64,000 nt of DNA from Allosphingosinicella sp. (GTDB taxonomy: Bacteria; Pseudomonadota; Alphaproteobacteria; Sphingomonadales; Sphingomonadaceae): assembly GCA_035502235.1 (NCBI GenBank), contig DATJUQ010000027.1, positions 5,555-69,554 on the forward strand, read 5' to 3'. The position numbers were made by a program, and so were the translations under genes. Positions 1-9,126 of the stretch are shown in pieces (positions within the stretch are counted from its first letter, which is position 1; every line of letters begins with the position of its first letter). The notes beneath the pieces were generated by a model. It worked only from the letters and a program-made list of their open reading frames with translations. It made no database searches and was not told where the DNA came from.

Positions 1-696
1 GAGCAGCTCGGCCTTGGCGAGGCTGCCGTCGGCGGCGAGCTTCCAGGCGATGGCCTGCGCCCCGACCACGCCGAGATTCCAGATGGCGCCGCCCGGCTCG
101 GCGCGGGGATGCGCCTGGAACGGCATGTAGCGCAGATCGTCGCGGAAGGTCCGGAAACCGCGCGTCGCCAGACTGTCCGGATCCATGCGCAGCGGCGAGC
201 CGCCCTCCCACAAAGCCAGCAATTCGCCGCCGGCCATCATCACCGCGGTGTTGGCCGAATTGACGTCGTCCGCATTTTCGAGCCGGGCGCCGGGGCCGGG
301 ACGGGTGCCGAAGCCGGGCTGGACCATGGCGCCGAGCCGGCTTTCCAGCCGGCGCTTGGGCGTGTCGGCGAAGCGCGCGGTCAGGCGTGCCGCGCCGCCC
401 TCCACCGCGAATTTGCGCATCAGCCCGTCGCCGTCGAACCAGTGGCCGGCGGCGCTTGCGCCGCGCCGGAACTTGGCCGGGCCGTTGCGGTAGAGCCGCC
501 CCGCAAAGCCCGCCGGGGCGCGGCCGTGCACGAGCGTCATGACCTCTTCGGGCACGTTCGCCTCGACATCGCGGACGCCCAGCGCCCAGGCGGGCGGCGC
601 GGCGCCGGCCAGCGCCCGGTCCGGCGTGATGACCGCAGCCCCGGCGGTGGCGAGTCCCGCGGCGAGGAAATGGCGGCGATCGAGCAGCATCGTCAT
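1..696 (-). CDS. Carotenoid oxygenase (RPE65/CCD/LSD) family protein, N-terminal part, truncated by the window edge; Tat signal
   Basis: Manual translation (not in ORF track): MTMLLDRRHFLAAGLATAGAA...GRLYRNGPAKF...HWFDGDGLM...NSANT...LLALWEGG...AHPR. The YRNGP, HWFDGDG and AHP motifs are typical of the family. Confidence 0.85.
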   Translation of the reverse strand, partial: MTMLLDRRHFLAAGLATAGAAVITPDRALAGAAPPAWALGVRDVEANVPEEVMTLVHGRAPAGFAGRLYRNGPAKFRRGASAAGHWFDGDGLMRKFAVEGGAARLTARFADTPKRRLESRLGAMVQPGFGTRPGPGARLENADDVNSANTAVMMAGGELLALWEGGSPLRMDPDSLATRGFRTFRDDLRYMPFQAHPRAEPGGAIWNLGVVGAQAIAWKLAADGSLAKAELL

Positions 697-707
697 GGCC
701 CCGGCTC

Positions 708-1163
708 CTATTGGACGGTGATGGCGTGGCGGCTGGCGCCGGCGGCCAGATCGAAGGCCGCATCGGCCCAGCGCGCCGGGCCCATCGAACCGTGCGCATT
801 GTTGGAGAAGGCGAAGGGCTCGATCGGGATGCCGAAGGGGTTGCTGTTCAGCCTCTGGTCGCCGTTCACGTCGTGGAAGACCTTCGCGCCGTAGCGGCCC
901 GGCGGCAGGCCGGCGAAGACGGCTTCGGCCGAGGCACCGCTGACCGGGACCATGGCCGTGCGCACCGGGCGGTTGCCGGTCCAGCCCGCCTCGCTGTCGA
1001 ACAGGGCGATCATGATCGCGCCCGTCGGGCGCTCGATGCCGCTGAACGCGAGCGTGAGCTGGGCGCCGTCCGGCGCGGCGGCGGGGGGCGCCGGCTGGGC
1101 GGCGACGGGCGCGGCCGTGCCCAGCAGGAGCAAGGCGGCGAGGACGGGCTTCAACTTGAGCAT
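708..1163 (-). CDS. DUF2141 family secreted protein
   Basis: Signal peptide plus YGAKVFHDVNGDQRL...GIPIEPFAFSNNA motif; stop lies 11 nt before the oxygenase start. Confidence 0.85.
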   Translation of the reverse strand: MLKLKPVLAALLLLGTAAPVAAQPAPPAAAPDGAQLTLAFSGIERPTGAIMIALFDSEAGWTGNRPVRTAMVPVSGASAEAVFAGLPPGRYGAKVFHDVNGDQRLNSNPFGIPIEPFAFSNNAHGSMGPARWADAAFDLAAGASRHAITVQ

Positions 1164-1272
1164 GGCTATTCGCTCCGGACTGATGTTTGCTGGCGGCGAG
1201 ACTTGCCGGTGGGCCGGGGATTGCGGGGCGAGGGGCCGTCCGCAAGCGGCGATGCGCGAGGGAGGGTGCGGA

Positions 1273-2070
1273 ATGCGTGAAGCGACGGACGGCGCCGTTC
1301 ACGCTTCGCGAATGGCGGGCCGCAAGCCGAACCATGCCCGCGGCTTCCTCGTCGCCACCGTCGCCGCCCCGGTGATGGCGGTGCTCGCGCCGCTCGGCAC
1401 GGCCGCGATCGGCATCGTCCCGCGCTTCTTCTACTGGCTCGTCCTGTTCGAGGCGGGCGCGCTGCTGGGCGTCGGCGCCACCGTGGCGGTGAGCCGCTGG
1501 GGCCGGCTCGGCGACCGGCCATGGCTCGAGGGCGCGCTCGTCGCGCTGCTCATCGCGCTGCCGCTGACCTTCGTGGTCGCCGTGGCGCGCAGCCTGGTGT
1601 TCGGCCTTCCCGCGCCCGGCCTGCGCGCCTCGGCGATCATGTTCGGCCTCGTCCTGATGATCTGCGCGATCCTGACCGCGATTACCTATGCGGTGGATCG
1701 GGGGGCGATGCCCGTCCCGGCGGACAAGCCGGACGAGGCGGCCGTCGCGCGGGCGCGCTTCGCCGAGCGCCTGCCCTTGCCGCTCCGCGGCCAGGCGCTC
1801 GTGGCGCTGGAGGCGGAGGACCATTATCTGCGCGTGCATCTGGACGGCGGCCAGTCGGCCCTGATCCTGATGCGCCTGTCCGACGCGATCGCCGAACTCG
1901 CCGCGACGCCGGGCGCGCGCACCCATCGCAGCTGGTGGGTGGCCAAGGCCGCCGTCACCCGCGTCGCCAAGGCGGACGGTCGCGCAACGCTCACCCTTGC
2001 GGGCGGGATCGAAGCGCCGGTCAGCCGGTCCTACTACAAGAGCTTGAACGACGCCGGTTGGTTGGTCTGA
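1273..2070 (+). CDS. Membrane-anchored LytTR-domain transcriptional regulator
   Basis: About four hydrophobic segments, then LEAEDHYLRVH...LMRLSDAI...RTHRSWWVA...PVSRSY (LytTR). Start chosen at ATG 1273 after GGAGGG. Confidence 0.85.
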   Translation: MREATDGAVHASRMAGRKPNHARGFLVATVAAPVMAVLAPLGTAAIGIVPRFFYWLVLFEAGALLGVGATVAVSRWGRLGDRPWLEGALVALLIALPLTFVVAVARSLVFGLPAPGLRASAIMFGLVLMICAILTAITYAVDRGAMPVPADKPDEAAVARARFAERLPLPLRGQALVALEAEDHYLRVHLDGGQSALILMRLSDAIAELAATPGARTHRSWWVAKAAVTRVAKADGRATLTLAGGIEAPVSRSYYKSLNDAGWLV

Positions 2071-2133
2071 AGGATTGCCGGCTTCGTCTCGCGCCGCTTC
2101 ATCCGCGCGGCCATAAGGGGGAATGACAAGGCC

Positions 2134-2964
2134 ATGACACTCACGCCCGCCCAGCTCGACGCCTATTTCGCCCGGATCGGGATCGCGCCGCCCGCGCGGG
2201 CCGATCTCGAGGGACTGGCGGCGATCCACCGCGCCCATGCGCTCGCCTTCACCTGGGAGGCGGCGGACGCCTTCCTGCTCCGGCCCGGCGCCGGCGACGT
2301 CGATCCGCGGCGCGCCTTCGCGCGGATGGTCGAGGGGCGCCGCGGCGGCTGGTGCTACGAGATGAACGGCCTGCTCGGCGCGGCCCTGGCCGGCTTCGGC
2401 TTCCGCGTCACCCGGCTCTGCGGCGGCGTGCGCCGCGCGGAGATGGGAGAGATGGCGGTCGGCAATCATCTCAGCCTGCGCGTCGACCTCGCGGACGGGC
2501 CATGGCTGGTCGAATCCGGCCTTGGCGACGCCCTGCCGCGGCCGATCCCCCTGGCCGTCGGCGCGCATGAGGGCGGCTTCCTGGCCTGCGCGATCGAGAC
2601 TGCGGACGGGGACTGGCTGCGCTACGTCAATCATCGCTGGGGCCAGGCCTCCAGCTTCGATTTCCGCGCCGACTATAGCGACGAGGCGCGGCTCGCCGGG
2701 ATGGAGGCGTTCTTGCGCACCCAGCCGGGGTCGCCCTTCACCGGCGCGCTCGCGGTCATGCGCCACTTCCCCGACCGGATCGAAAGCCTCGCCAACCGGA
2801 CGCGGCGCACGGTGACCGCGGTCGGGGTCGAGACGCGGGAGATTACGGACGCGGCGGACTTCGCGGAGACGCTCGGCGGGCTGTTCGCGCTCGATCTGCC
2901 CGACGTGCCGGTGCTCTGGGCGAAGACCGGCGAAGCCGCCGCGCGGGGGAAGCAGGCGGCCTGA
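2134..2964 (+). CDS. Arylamine N-acetyltransferase family protein
   Basis: RRGGWCYEMNGLL (catalytic Cys) and NHLSLRV (His) motifs. Confidence 0.85.
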   Translation: MTLTPAQLDAYFARIGIAPPARADLEGLAAIHRAHALAFTWEAADAFLLRPGAGDVDPRRAFARMVEGRRGGWCYEMNGLLGAALAGFGFRVTRLCGGVRRAEMGEMAVGNHLSLRVDLADGPWLVESGLGDALPRPIPLAVGAHEGGFLACAIETADGDWLRYVNHRWGQASSFDFRADYSDEARLAGMEAFLRTQPGSPFTGALAVMRHFPDRIESLANRTRRTVTAVGVETREITDAADFAETLGGLFALDLPDVPVLWAKTGEAAARGKQAA

Positions 2965-3039
2965 CCCCGGCGGCGACCGGCCCCGCTTTCGCCGCATTCT
3001 GCCGCCAGTCTCCGCTGTTGGGGCAGAGTGGAGCGTGGC

Positions 3040-3402
3040 ATGGCATTGTCCCTGATCCTGGCCTTGCAGAGTGTCGCCGCCCCGGCGCCGGCATCCCCGC
3101 CGTTCCCCTCCGGCCAGCCCGCTTTCGCCGCGATCGATTTCGATCTGGCGCGCCATCGCCCGGCGACGGGGGGCGGCTGCGAGACGGGCGGCGCCGGCGA
3201 GGTGCTGGTCTGCGGCCGGCGCGGCGGCCGCGGCGAATATCCGCTGGACTATTGGGCCCGGATCTTCCCGCCTCCGGGCCCGATCCGCGCGGAGATGAAC
3301 CTGGGCGGCAACGTGCAGGGGCGGATCCACGCGGAGGCGATGCCGTTGGACCGGGGCGCGGTCAGCAACCGCTTCATGCTCGGCATTCGCTGGCCGTTCT
3401 AG
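3040..3402 (+). CDS. Hypothetical exported protein (C-x6-EVLVCGRR motif)
   Basis: Hydrophobic N-terminus, host-like codon usage, C-terminal aromatic residue. Confidence 0.6.
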   Translation: MALSLILALQSVAAPAPASPPFPSGQPAFAAIDFDLARHRPATGGGCETGGAGEVLVCGRRGGRGEYPLDYWARIFPPPGPIRAEMNLGGNVQGRIHAEAMPLDRGAVSNRFMLGIRWPF

Positions 3403-3478
3403 CGCTCCGACCCGGCCCCTTCCCTTCGTGGCCCGGCCCGCTAGCGTGGCGCGACGCCCAGTCCGGAAGGCCCGCTTC

Positions 3479-3817
3479 ATGTCTGTGATCCTGCTGCTGA
3501 CCGTCTCCAACGTCTTCATGACGATCGCCTGGTATTGGCATCTGAAGGGCGAGGCGATGTCGAAGCCCCTGCTCGCCGTGATCCTGATCAGCTGGGCGAT
3601 CGCGCTCGTCGAATATTGCTTCGCCGTGCCCGCCAACCGGATCGGGGCGCTGGGCGGCTGGTCGCCGGGCCAGCTGAAGATCGCGCAGGAGGCGATCGCG
3701 CTGACCGTGTTCGGCCTGTTCATGGTCTTCTGGCTCGGCGAGGCTCTGAGCTGGCGCCATGTCGCGGCCTTCGCCTGCATCATGGCGGCGGTCGCCTTTC
3801 TGTTCGTGGGAAAGTGA
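3479..3817 (+). CDS. DMT-superfamily membrane protein (DUF486-like)
   Basis: SNVFMTIAWYWHLK...SWAIALVEYCFAVPANRIG...QLKIAQE motif. Confidence 0.85.
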   Translation: MSVILLLTVSNVFMTIAWYWHLKGEAMSKPLLAVILISWAIALVEYCFAVPANRIGALGGWSPGQLKIAQEAIALTVFGLFMVFWLGEALSWRHVAAFACIMAAVAFLFVGK

Positions 3818-3858
3818 AGGCGTTGCGCGCGCCCGGGGCGGCGGGCTAGCGTGCGGCC

Positions 3859-4350
3859 ATGAACCGCTTTCCTCCCCTCCTCGCCGCCGCCGCTCTCCTG
3901 GTGGCCGCGCCCGCCGCCGCCCAGCCGGCCGTCACGACCGCGCCGATCGATGCGGCCCAGGCGGCGCTCGGTCGGCGGCTGGCGGAGGCGGGGGAGCTGA
4001 ACGCCCTGCTCGGCGCGGTCGGTACGGCCGAGGTGGCGCAGATCGCCGCGAGCACGCCGGACCTCAGCGACGCCGAGCGGACCCGGCTGCGCGAGGTGGG
4101 GATGGCGACGCTTCAGGCCGGCCGGGCGCGGATCACGGCCGCGTTGGGCGACGCTTATGCCCGCCATTTCAGCCGGGACCAGCTGACCGAGATCCTCGCC
4201 TTCGTCGAAAGCACGACGGGGCGCGCTTATGCGGGGGCCCTGTTGCAGGTGCTCCCGCAGGTGGTGGGCGCGATCCAGGGCGTGGACCTCGGCCGCGACA
4301 TCCGCGCCGCCTTCTGCCGGGAGACCGGCAAATTGTGCGCGCCGCGCTGA
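3859..4350 (+). CDS. Exported protein, DUF2059-like
   Basis: Signal peptide; YARHFSRDQLTEILAFVESTTGR motif. Confidence 0.65.
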   Translation: MNRFPPLLAAAALLVAAPAAAQPAVTTAPIDAAQAALGRRLAEAGELNALLGAVGTAEVAQIAASTPDLSDAERTRLREVGMATLQAGRARITAALGDAYARHFSRDQLTEILAFVESTTGRAYAGALLQVLPQVVGAIQGVDLGRDIRAAFCRETGKLCAPR

Positions 4351-4366
4351 GCCGGGGCCGCGCCGC

Positions 4367-4879
4367 TCAGACATCGCCAGCGAACATGTCGTCCAGCCAG
4401 GCCCGAAGCGCCGCGTCGCCGCGCGGGGAGGCGAGGAAGCGGGACCAGGCGGCGGCCTCGTGCGCGACCACGCCGAGCTCCCAGACGCAGAAGGTGGGGC
4501 GCGGCGGGGCGGCGCCGAGGGCTTGCGGCGTGCCCGGATAGGCCGGATCGAAGGGCGCGAAGGCCGGCATGTCGCCATGCCGATACCAGACCGCCTCCCA
4601 CGCCTCGTTGGCGCCGCGCCAGACGGTCGGCAGCAGGAAATGGAAATCGGCGCCGCAGCGGTGGAGCAGGCAGAAGCCGAGATCGTCCGCGAAGGCGAAG
4701 GCCGGATCGCCGGCCAGCACCGCGCGGGCGAGCGCGTCGACCGAGTCGGGGACGGGCTCGCCGGCCCGCTCGACATGATAATATTTGAGGCGCGCGCCGG
4801 GCGTCTCGACGAGGCCGCGGGGAACGGCCCGCTTGGCATAATGGGTGTAGCCGGCGGGGACGTGGGCGAGAGCGGTCAT
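4367..4879 (-). CDS. Conserved hypothetical protein
   Basis: The 3' part of the 707-aa ORF, from ATG 4879 with an upstream GGAGG: LGFCLLHRCG...WRGANE...TFCVWELGVVAHE..AW. Confidence 0.7.
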   Translation of the reverse strand: MTALAHVPAGYTHYAKRAVPRGLVETPGARLKYYHVERAGEPVPDSVDALARAVLAGDPAFAFADDLGFCLLHRCGADFHFLLPTVWRGANEAWEAVWYRHGDMPAFAPFDPAYPGTPQALGAAPPRPTFCVWELGVVAHEAAAWSRFLASPRGDAALRAWLDDMFAGDV

Positions 4880-5086
4880 GAGCGGGCCTCCAAGGGGATG
4901 TTCCGCATCTGTTCTAGCGAAGCCGCGGCGCTTTCGGAAGCGCCGTCGCGATCCCGCCTGCCCGCGCCGGCGGCCCAAGGGCAAGTGGTCCGGGCGGTCG
5001 CCCATCGGGGATGAGCGACAATCCCAATAGAATATAGTAAATATCTTCGACTCGAAGACGAGTCGAGACGGGGAGGAGAGGTCGTA

Positions 5087-5443
5087 ATGGCGGACAATTC
5101 CGAAGTAGATGCCGGTTCGTCCACAGCATCCGGAGCGATAGACCGCTTCCGCGACTGGACAGCCATCGCCGATTTTCAGCCGATCGTCAGCGAGACGCCG
5201 CTGCGGGTCGCCGGGGAATATTTCCTCAACCGGCGCTGGGGGAGCGTCAGCCTCGCGGTCAAGGTGCCGCAGGGCTTCAATCCCAGCATCCTGCTGCTCG
5301 ATCTGGTCGAGGGACCGGGCAATGGCGGCGACTGGGTGGCCGTCGAGGGCCGCTTCGCGGCGGCGCGAGGCCAATATGGCAGCGTCACCGTGATCGACCC
5401 GGACGGGGAGTCGGTCTCGATCCCGGTCGAGGAGGTCGAGTGA
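5087..5443 (+). CDS. Hypothetical protein (PQGFNPSILLLDL motif), paralogue of the next gene
   Basis: Strong RBS (GGAGGAGAGG) and AT-rich upstream region; aligns by eye with 5480..5998. Confidence 0.7.
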   Translation: MADNSEVDAGSSTASGAIDRFRDWTAIADFQPIVSETPLRVAGEYFLNRRWGSVSLAVKVPQGFNPSILLLDLVEGPGNGGDWVAVEGRFAAARGQYGSVTVIDPDGESVSIPVEEVE

Positions 5444-5479
5444 CCCGCGCCGCACGCTGATAGGACAGGAGAGACGATC

Positions 5480-5998
5480 ATGAGGCTTCCTTATCTTGCC
5501 GGCGCGGCCGCCATCGGCCTGTGCCTCGCCGCCTGCGGCAATCCCGCCGGCAACGGCCCGGCGGACGCCGATGCGGCGAACGGGACCAATAGCGCCACCG
5601 CCGCCGCCAATGCCGGCGCGGAGACGGCGAACGGCGCGGCGGACAACGGCACGGCGGGCACGGGCAGCCTGTGCGCCTTCGACAATGGCGGCAGCCGGGC
5701 CTGGGAGGCCTGGGTCGACGCCATGCCCGGCACCGGCCCGCGGCCGGCCCTGATCGTGACGGCCCAGGTCCGGACCCAGCGCGGCTATGCCGGCGAGCTG
5801 CGCCGCGCGGCGACCGTGGCGGGCGCGCCGCCGACCCAGCATTTCGACCTGGAGCTGGTCGAGGCGCCGCGCGCGCCCGGCGGCTGGCAGGCGGTCCGGG
5901 CGGAGATCCGGCCGTCCGAACGCGCCTATGCCGCGGTGGTCATCGACTGCGGCGGCCACGAATTGCAGCGCATCGCGCCGGTCCGGGTCACGGAATAG
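5480..5998 (+). CDS. Hypothetical lipoprotein, paralogue of the preceding gene
   Basis: Lipobox LAAC, Ala/Asn-rich linker, then W-x-A-W-x-D-x-M-P domain; RBS AGGAGAG. Confidence 0.75.
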   Translation: MRLPYLAGAAAIGLCLAACGNPAGNGPADADAANGTNSATAAANAGAETANGAADNGTAGTGSLCAFDNGGSRAWEAWVDAMPGTGPRPALIVTAQVRTQRGYAGELRRAATVAGAPPTQHFDLELVEAPRAPGGWQAVRAEIRPSERAYAAVVIDCGGHELQRIAPVRVTE

Positions 5999-6020
5999 CC
6001 AAAGGCGCCGCCGCCGCGCC

Positions 6021-6419
6021 TTAATCCTCCGTGCGCCCCGTCCCCTCGCGGTCGCGGGCGTAGTGACGGGCGAGGGGGAAAGGCGGGAGCCAGGGTTCGC
6101 GGCGGATCGTCCAATTCTCGTAGGTTGGAGTGAAGCGGCCGGGGGCGTCGAGGGCGCCGAGGTGGAGCTCGATCTCGCCGGCCTCGGGAAAGCTTGCGAA
6201 GACGGAGGCGCCGCAGGTCGGGCAGAAATGGCGGCCCTTCCAGGCGCGGGTCTCGCCGTCGATCGCCACCGCCGCCTCGGGGAAGATGGCGGCGGCGAAG
6301 AACAGGGCGCCGTGATGCTTGCGGCAATCGAGGCAGTGGCAGAGGCCGACCCGCCAGGGCGCGCCCGTGGCGGTGATCCGGACTTCGCCGCAGAGGCAGC
6401 CGCCGGTGACCTGGTCCAT
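6021..6419 (-). CDS. GFA (glutathione-dependent formaldehyde-activating, CENP-V) family protein
   Basis: GGCLCGEV...CHCLDCRK...RHFCPTCG Zn motifs. Confidence 0.9.
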   Translation of the reverse strand: MDQVTGGCLCGEVRITATGAPWRVGLCHCLDCRKHHGALFFAAAIFPEAAVAIDGETRAWKGRHFCPTCGASVFASFPEAGEIELHLGALDAPGRFTPTYENWTIRREPWLPPFPLARHYARDREGTGRTED

Positions 6420-6524
6420 TTCTCTTCTCCTTCCGACCCCCGTCGCGCGAGAAGGAAAAGCGGGAGCCGGCCGATCGATCCGCCCGTCATTCCATTTCCG
6501 GGGATCAGGCTCTAGGCTTCGGCC

Positions 6525-7412
6525 ATGCACCGCACCCGCACCGCGCTCGCCGCCGCGCTCCTCGCCGCTCTGGCCGGAGGGCAGGCCATCGGCCAGGCCA
6601 CGACGCCGTCCGCCTCGCCGCCCGCCCCGGCCCCCGCCTCCCCGGCCCCGGCCTCCCCGGCGCCGGCCTCCGCGCCCGCCCCGGCGGCGCGGCCATGGCA
6701 GGTCGACTGGGGGCAATATTATTGTTCCTTGATCCGCAAGCCCGGCGAGGGCCGGCCCTTCGCGACGGCCTTCGTGGCGACGCCCGGCAATGAGAGCATG
6801 AGCATAAGGCTGGTCGGCGAGCGCGGCGCCGATCTGCCGACGGGCCTCAACAATATCGTGCTGCTGCCCGCCGGCACCACTTTCCCGGTCGAGGTCAACG
6901 TCGCCGACCGGCGCGAGACCGCGATGCGCAGCCTCTACGGGCTGCCGGCGGAATTCTGGCCGCAGCTGATGAACTCGGCGGAGCTGCTGCTGCAGAGCGG
7001 CGACCGGATCCGGGCGCGGGTGCCGCTGGACGGGATAAGGGGCGCGCGGGCCGCGCACCGCCAGTGCACCGGCGAGGTGTCGCGCGAATGGGGGATTGAC
7101 GAGGCGGCGCTCGCGGCGCTGCGCCGGCGCCCGAGGACCACCAACTTCCTCGGCCTGCGCCCCGAGGATTATCCCGCCGCGGCGCTGCGCCGCGCGACCC
7201 AGGGCCGGGTGATCGTGCGGATCGGGGTCGGCGCCGACGGCCGCGCCACCGATTGCGCGACGGTCGCCACGAGCGGCAGCCCGGAGATCGACGCCACCGC
7301 CTGCCGCGTCGCGATGAGCCGCGGCCGCTTCGAGGCCGGGCTCGACGCGGCGGGACAGCCGGTCGCGACCCGCGCCGTCTATACCGCGACCTTCTATCTG
7401 CCGGCGGAGTGA
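6525..7412 (+). CDS. Exported protein with C-terminal TonB domain
   Basis: Signal peptide, Pro-rich linker, then DYPAAALR...QGRVIVRIGVGADGRATDC...SGSPEIDATAC (TonB_C). Confidence 0.8.
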   Translation: MHRTRTALAAALLAALAGGQAIGQATTPSASPPAPAPASPAPASPAPASAPAPAARPWQVDWGQYYCSLIRKPGEGRPFATAFVATPGNESMSIRLVGERGADLPTGLNNIVLLPAGTTFPVEVNVADRRETAMRSLYGLPAEFWPQLMNSAELLLQSGDRIRARVPLDGIRGARAAHRQCTGEVSREWGIDEAALAALRRRPRTTNFLGLRPEDYPAAALRRATQGRVIVRIGVGADGRATDCATVATSGSPEIDATACRVAMSRGRFEAGLDAAGQPVATRAVYTATFYLPAE

Positions 7413-7415
7413 GCC

Positions 7416-7769
7416 ATGACGCACCGCATCTACAAGATGAGCTTCGCGAGCGTCTATCCGCTCTACATCCAGAAGGCCGAGAAGAAGGGGCGGACCAAGG
7501 ACGAGGTGGACGAGGTGCTGCGCTGGCTGACCGGGCACAGCCAGGCGAGCCTCGAGGCGGAGATCGCGGCGAAGACGAACTTCGAGGATTTCTTCGCCCG
7601 GGCGCCCCGGCTGAACCCGAACCGCATTTTGATCACCGGCATGATCTGCGGCTATCGGGTGGAGGAGATCGAGGAGCCGCTGATGCGCGAGCTGCGCTAC
7701 ATGGACAAATTGATCGACGAGCTCGCCAAGGGGCGGAAGATGGAGAAGATATTGCGCGTGCCGGGCTGA
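7416..7769 (+). CDS. DUF2200 family protein
   Basis: [20 protein letters not shown]...[14 protein letters not shown]...[14 protein letters not shown] pattern. Confidence 0.9.
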   Translation: MTHRIYKMSFASVYPLYIQKAEKKGRTKDEVDEVLRWLTGHSQASLEAEIAAKTNFEDFFARAPRLNPNRILITGMICGYRVEEIEEPLMRELRYMDKLIDELAKGRKMEKILRVPG

Positions 7770-7778
7770 TCTTCTCTC

Positions 7779-7981
7779 GTCGTGATGCCGGACGCGGTTC
7801 GGCGGCCAGGTTTCCGGCGGCCGTGCGGGTGGCCGGTTGGACCCTGAAACAAGTTCAGGGTGACGGTGTAGGGGGCGGCTCTTGTGCGCCTCAGTCTTCG
7901 CACCGGCCGTCGGTCCCGGCCTTCGCCGGGGTGACTCCTTCGAAGACCGCCTGGCCGTCACGGGAGTGAATCCCGTGACGT
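7779..7981. repeat. REP cluster (family A GGACCCTGAAACAAGTTCAGGGTGACG at 7839-7865, plus a family-B-like unit at 7912-7935)
   Basis: Identical or near-identical to copies at 10367, 46062 and 56704; lies between convergent genes. Confidence 0.8.
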
Positions 7982-8095
7982 CGGTCCTGCCGCCCCGGGA
8001 CCGGGGCGCAGGTCGTCCGGCATTCACCGGCTCTTCGCGCAGCTCGCCTTCGCTCGGCTGCGCTCGGCGGCGCATGCTCGTGAAAGTCATGAACG

Positions 8096-8821
8096 TCACA
8101 TGGATTCGCCGGGGGGCTCCGCCGCGGGCGGGGTCCAGCCCGGGGGGAGGCCGACCCAGCCATAGCCCGGCGGCACCCAGAGGCCGTCGGCCGACCGGCT
8201 CCAGCCCGCGGCCAGCTTCTGCGGCGCCTCGTGGCGATTGATCGCCTCCACCTTGGTCATGATGCTCCGGACCACCTCCGGGAAGCTCCGCTCCGGCGCG
8301 CCCTTGCCGGTGCCGTAGCGCAGCTCCGCCTCGATCTCGCGCCGCAGATATTTGCGCTCGGCCGTGGCCATGCGCTTGCGGGAGAAGCCGGGCCGGGCGC
8401 CATATTTCTTGGGGTTCGAGCCCTGCAGCAGCAGGCGCAGCAGCGAATCCGAATAGAGGCGCCGGGTGTAGACCTGGCCGCCGCAGGCGAATTCGCGCTC
8501 CACGCCCTCGACCGCGCGCGTCCAGGCGCTGAGCTCGAGCGGCGTCGCGCTCATCCTGAGGGCGGCGCGGCAATGGGCGGCGAAGCGAGGGTCGCTGTCC
8601 TGGTGGCGATAGGCGGTCTTGGCGGAAATGCCGGTGGCGCGGCAGGCGTCGAGCAGGCAGCCGGTCTTGATCAGCGCCTTCAGGAAGACGCTCTTGCGCG
8701 CCTCGGTGAAGGCGTCGTGGCGCTGGCGGCGGGGGTTGGGATCGGCGGGAGCCGCGGGGACGTCGGCATCCCAGGGGAGAGGCGCGGCCTCCGCCTGCGC
8801 GGGGTGGAAGATTCGGGTCAT
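8096..8821 (-). CDS. Hypothetical HTH protein resembling a phage terminase small subunit
   Basis: RHDAFTEARKSVFLKAL..TG....AC...GIS..TAYR...DPRFA and RAVEGVE...YSDSLL.LLL...NPKKYG motifs. Confidence 0.6.
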   Translation of the reverse strand: MTRIFHPAQAEAAPLPWDADVPAAPADPNPRRQRHDAFTEARKSVFLKALIKTGCLLDACRATGISAKTAYRHQDSDPRFAAHCRAALRMSATPLELSAWTRAVEGVEREFACGGQVYTRRLYSDSLLRLLLQGSNPKKYGARPGFSRKRMATAERKYLRREIEAELRYGTGKGAPERSFPEVVRSIMTKVEAINRHEAPQKLAAGWSRSADGLWVPPGYGWVGLPPGWTPPAAEPPGESM

Positions 8822-8945
8822 CGGGAGCTCCTTCAGGTGAAAAAGGAGCCGGCTATTTATACCCTGACGGGGGCTGTAGGAAAATATTATCTTCCTGGTT
8901 TGTTCCGGTTTGTCCCTGCGCCGCGCCAGCGGCCCGTCATCTTCT

Positions 8946-9034
8946 CTTCGCGGTCTTCTTTTCCTTCGCGTTCTTCGCGTGAAACCAAAGCTGCATATTT
9001 CACGCGAAGGACGCGAAGAAGAAAGGGCGCGAAG
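8946..9034. repeat. REP-like inverted repeat (CTTCGCG..CTTCGCGTGAAA family F); second copy at 10128-10223
   Basis: Arms cttcgcgttcttcgcgtgaaa (8964-8984) and tttcacgcgaaggacgcgaag (8998-9018). Confidence 0.75.
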
Positions 9035-9126
9035 CTCGCTAAGGGGTCTGCGCTGTCCGCGTTTTTTCGTCTGGGTCAGGATGTGGCGGAGGAAAGGGTC
9101 GCGCTGGAGGTACGTTTCGTACTATA

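Noticed and set aside
8891-8915. LexA (GTTC-N7-GTTC) box upstream of the terminase-like gene
   Set aside because: Only a partial match (CTTC-N7-GTTC), which is insufficient support.
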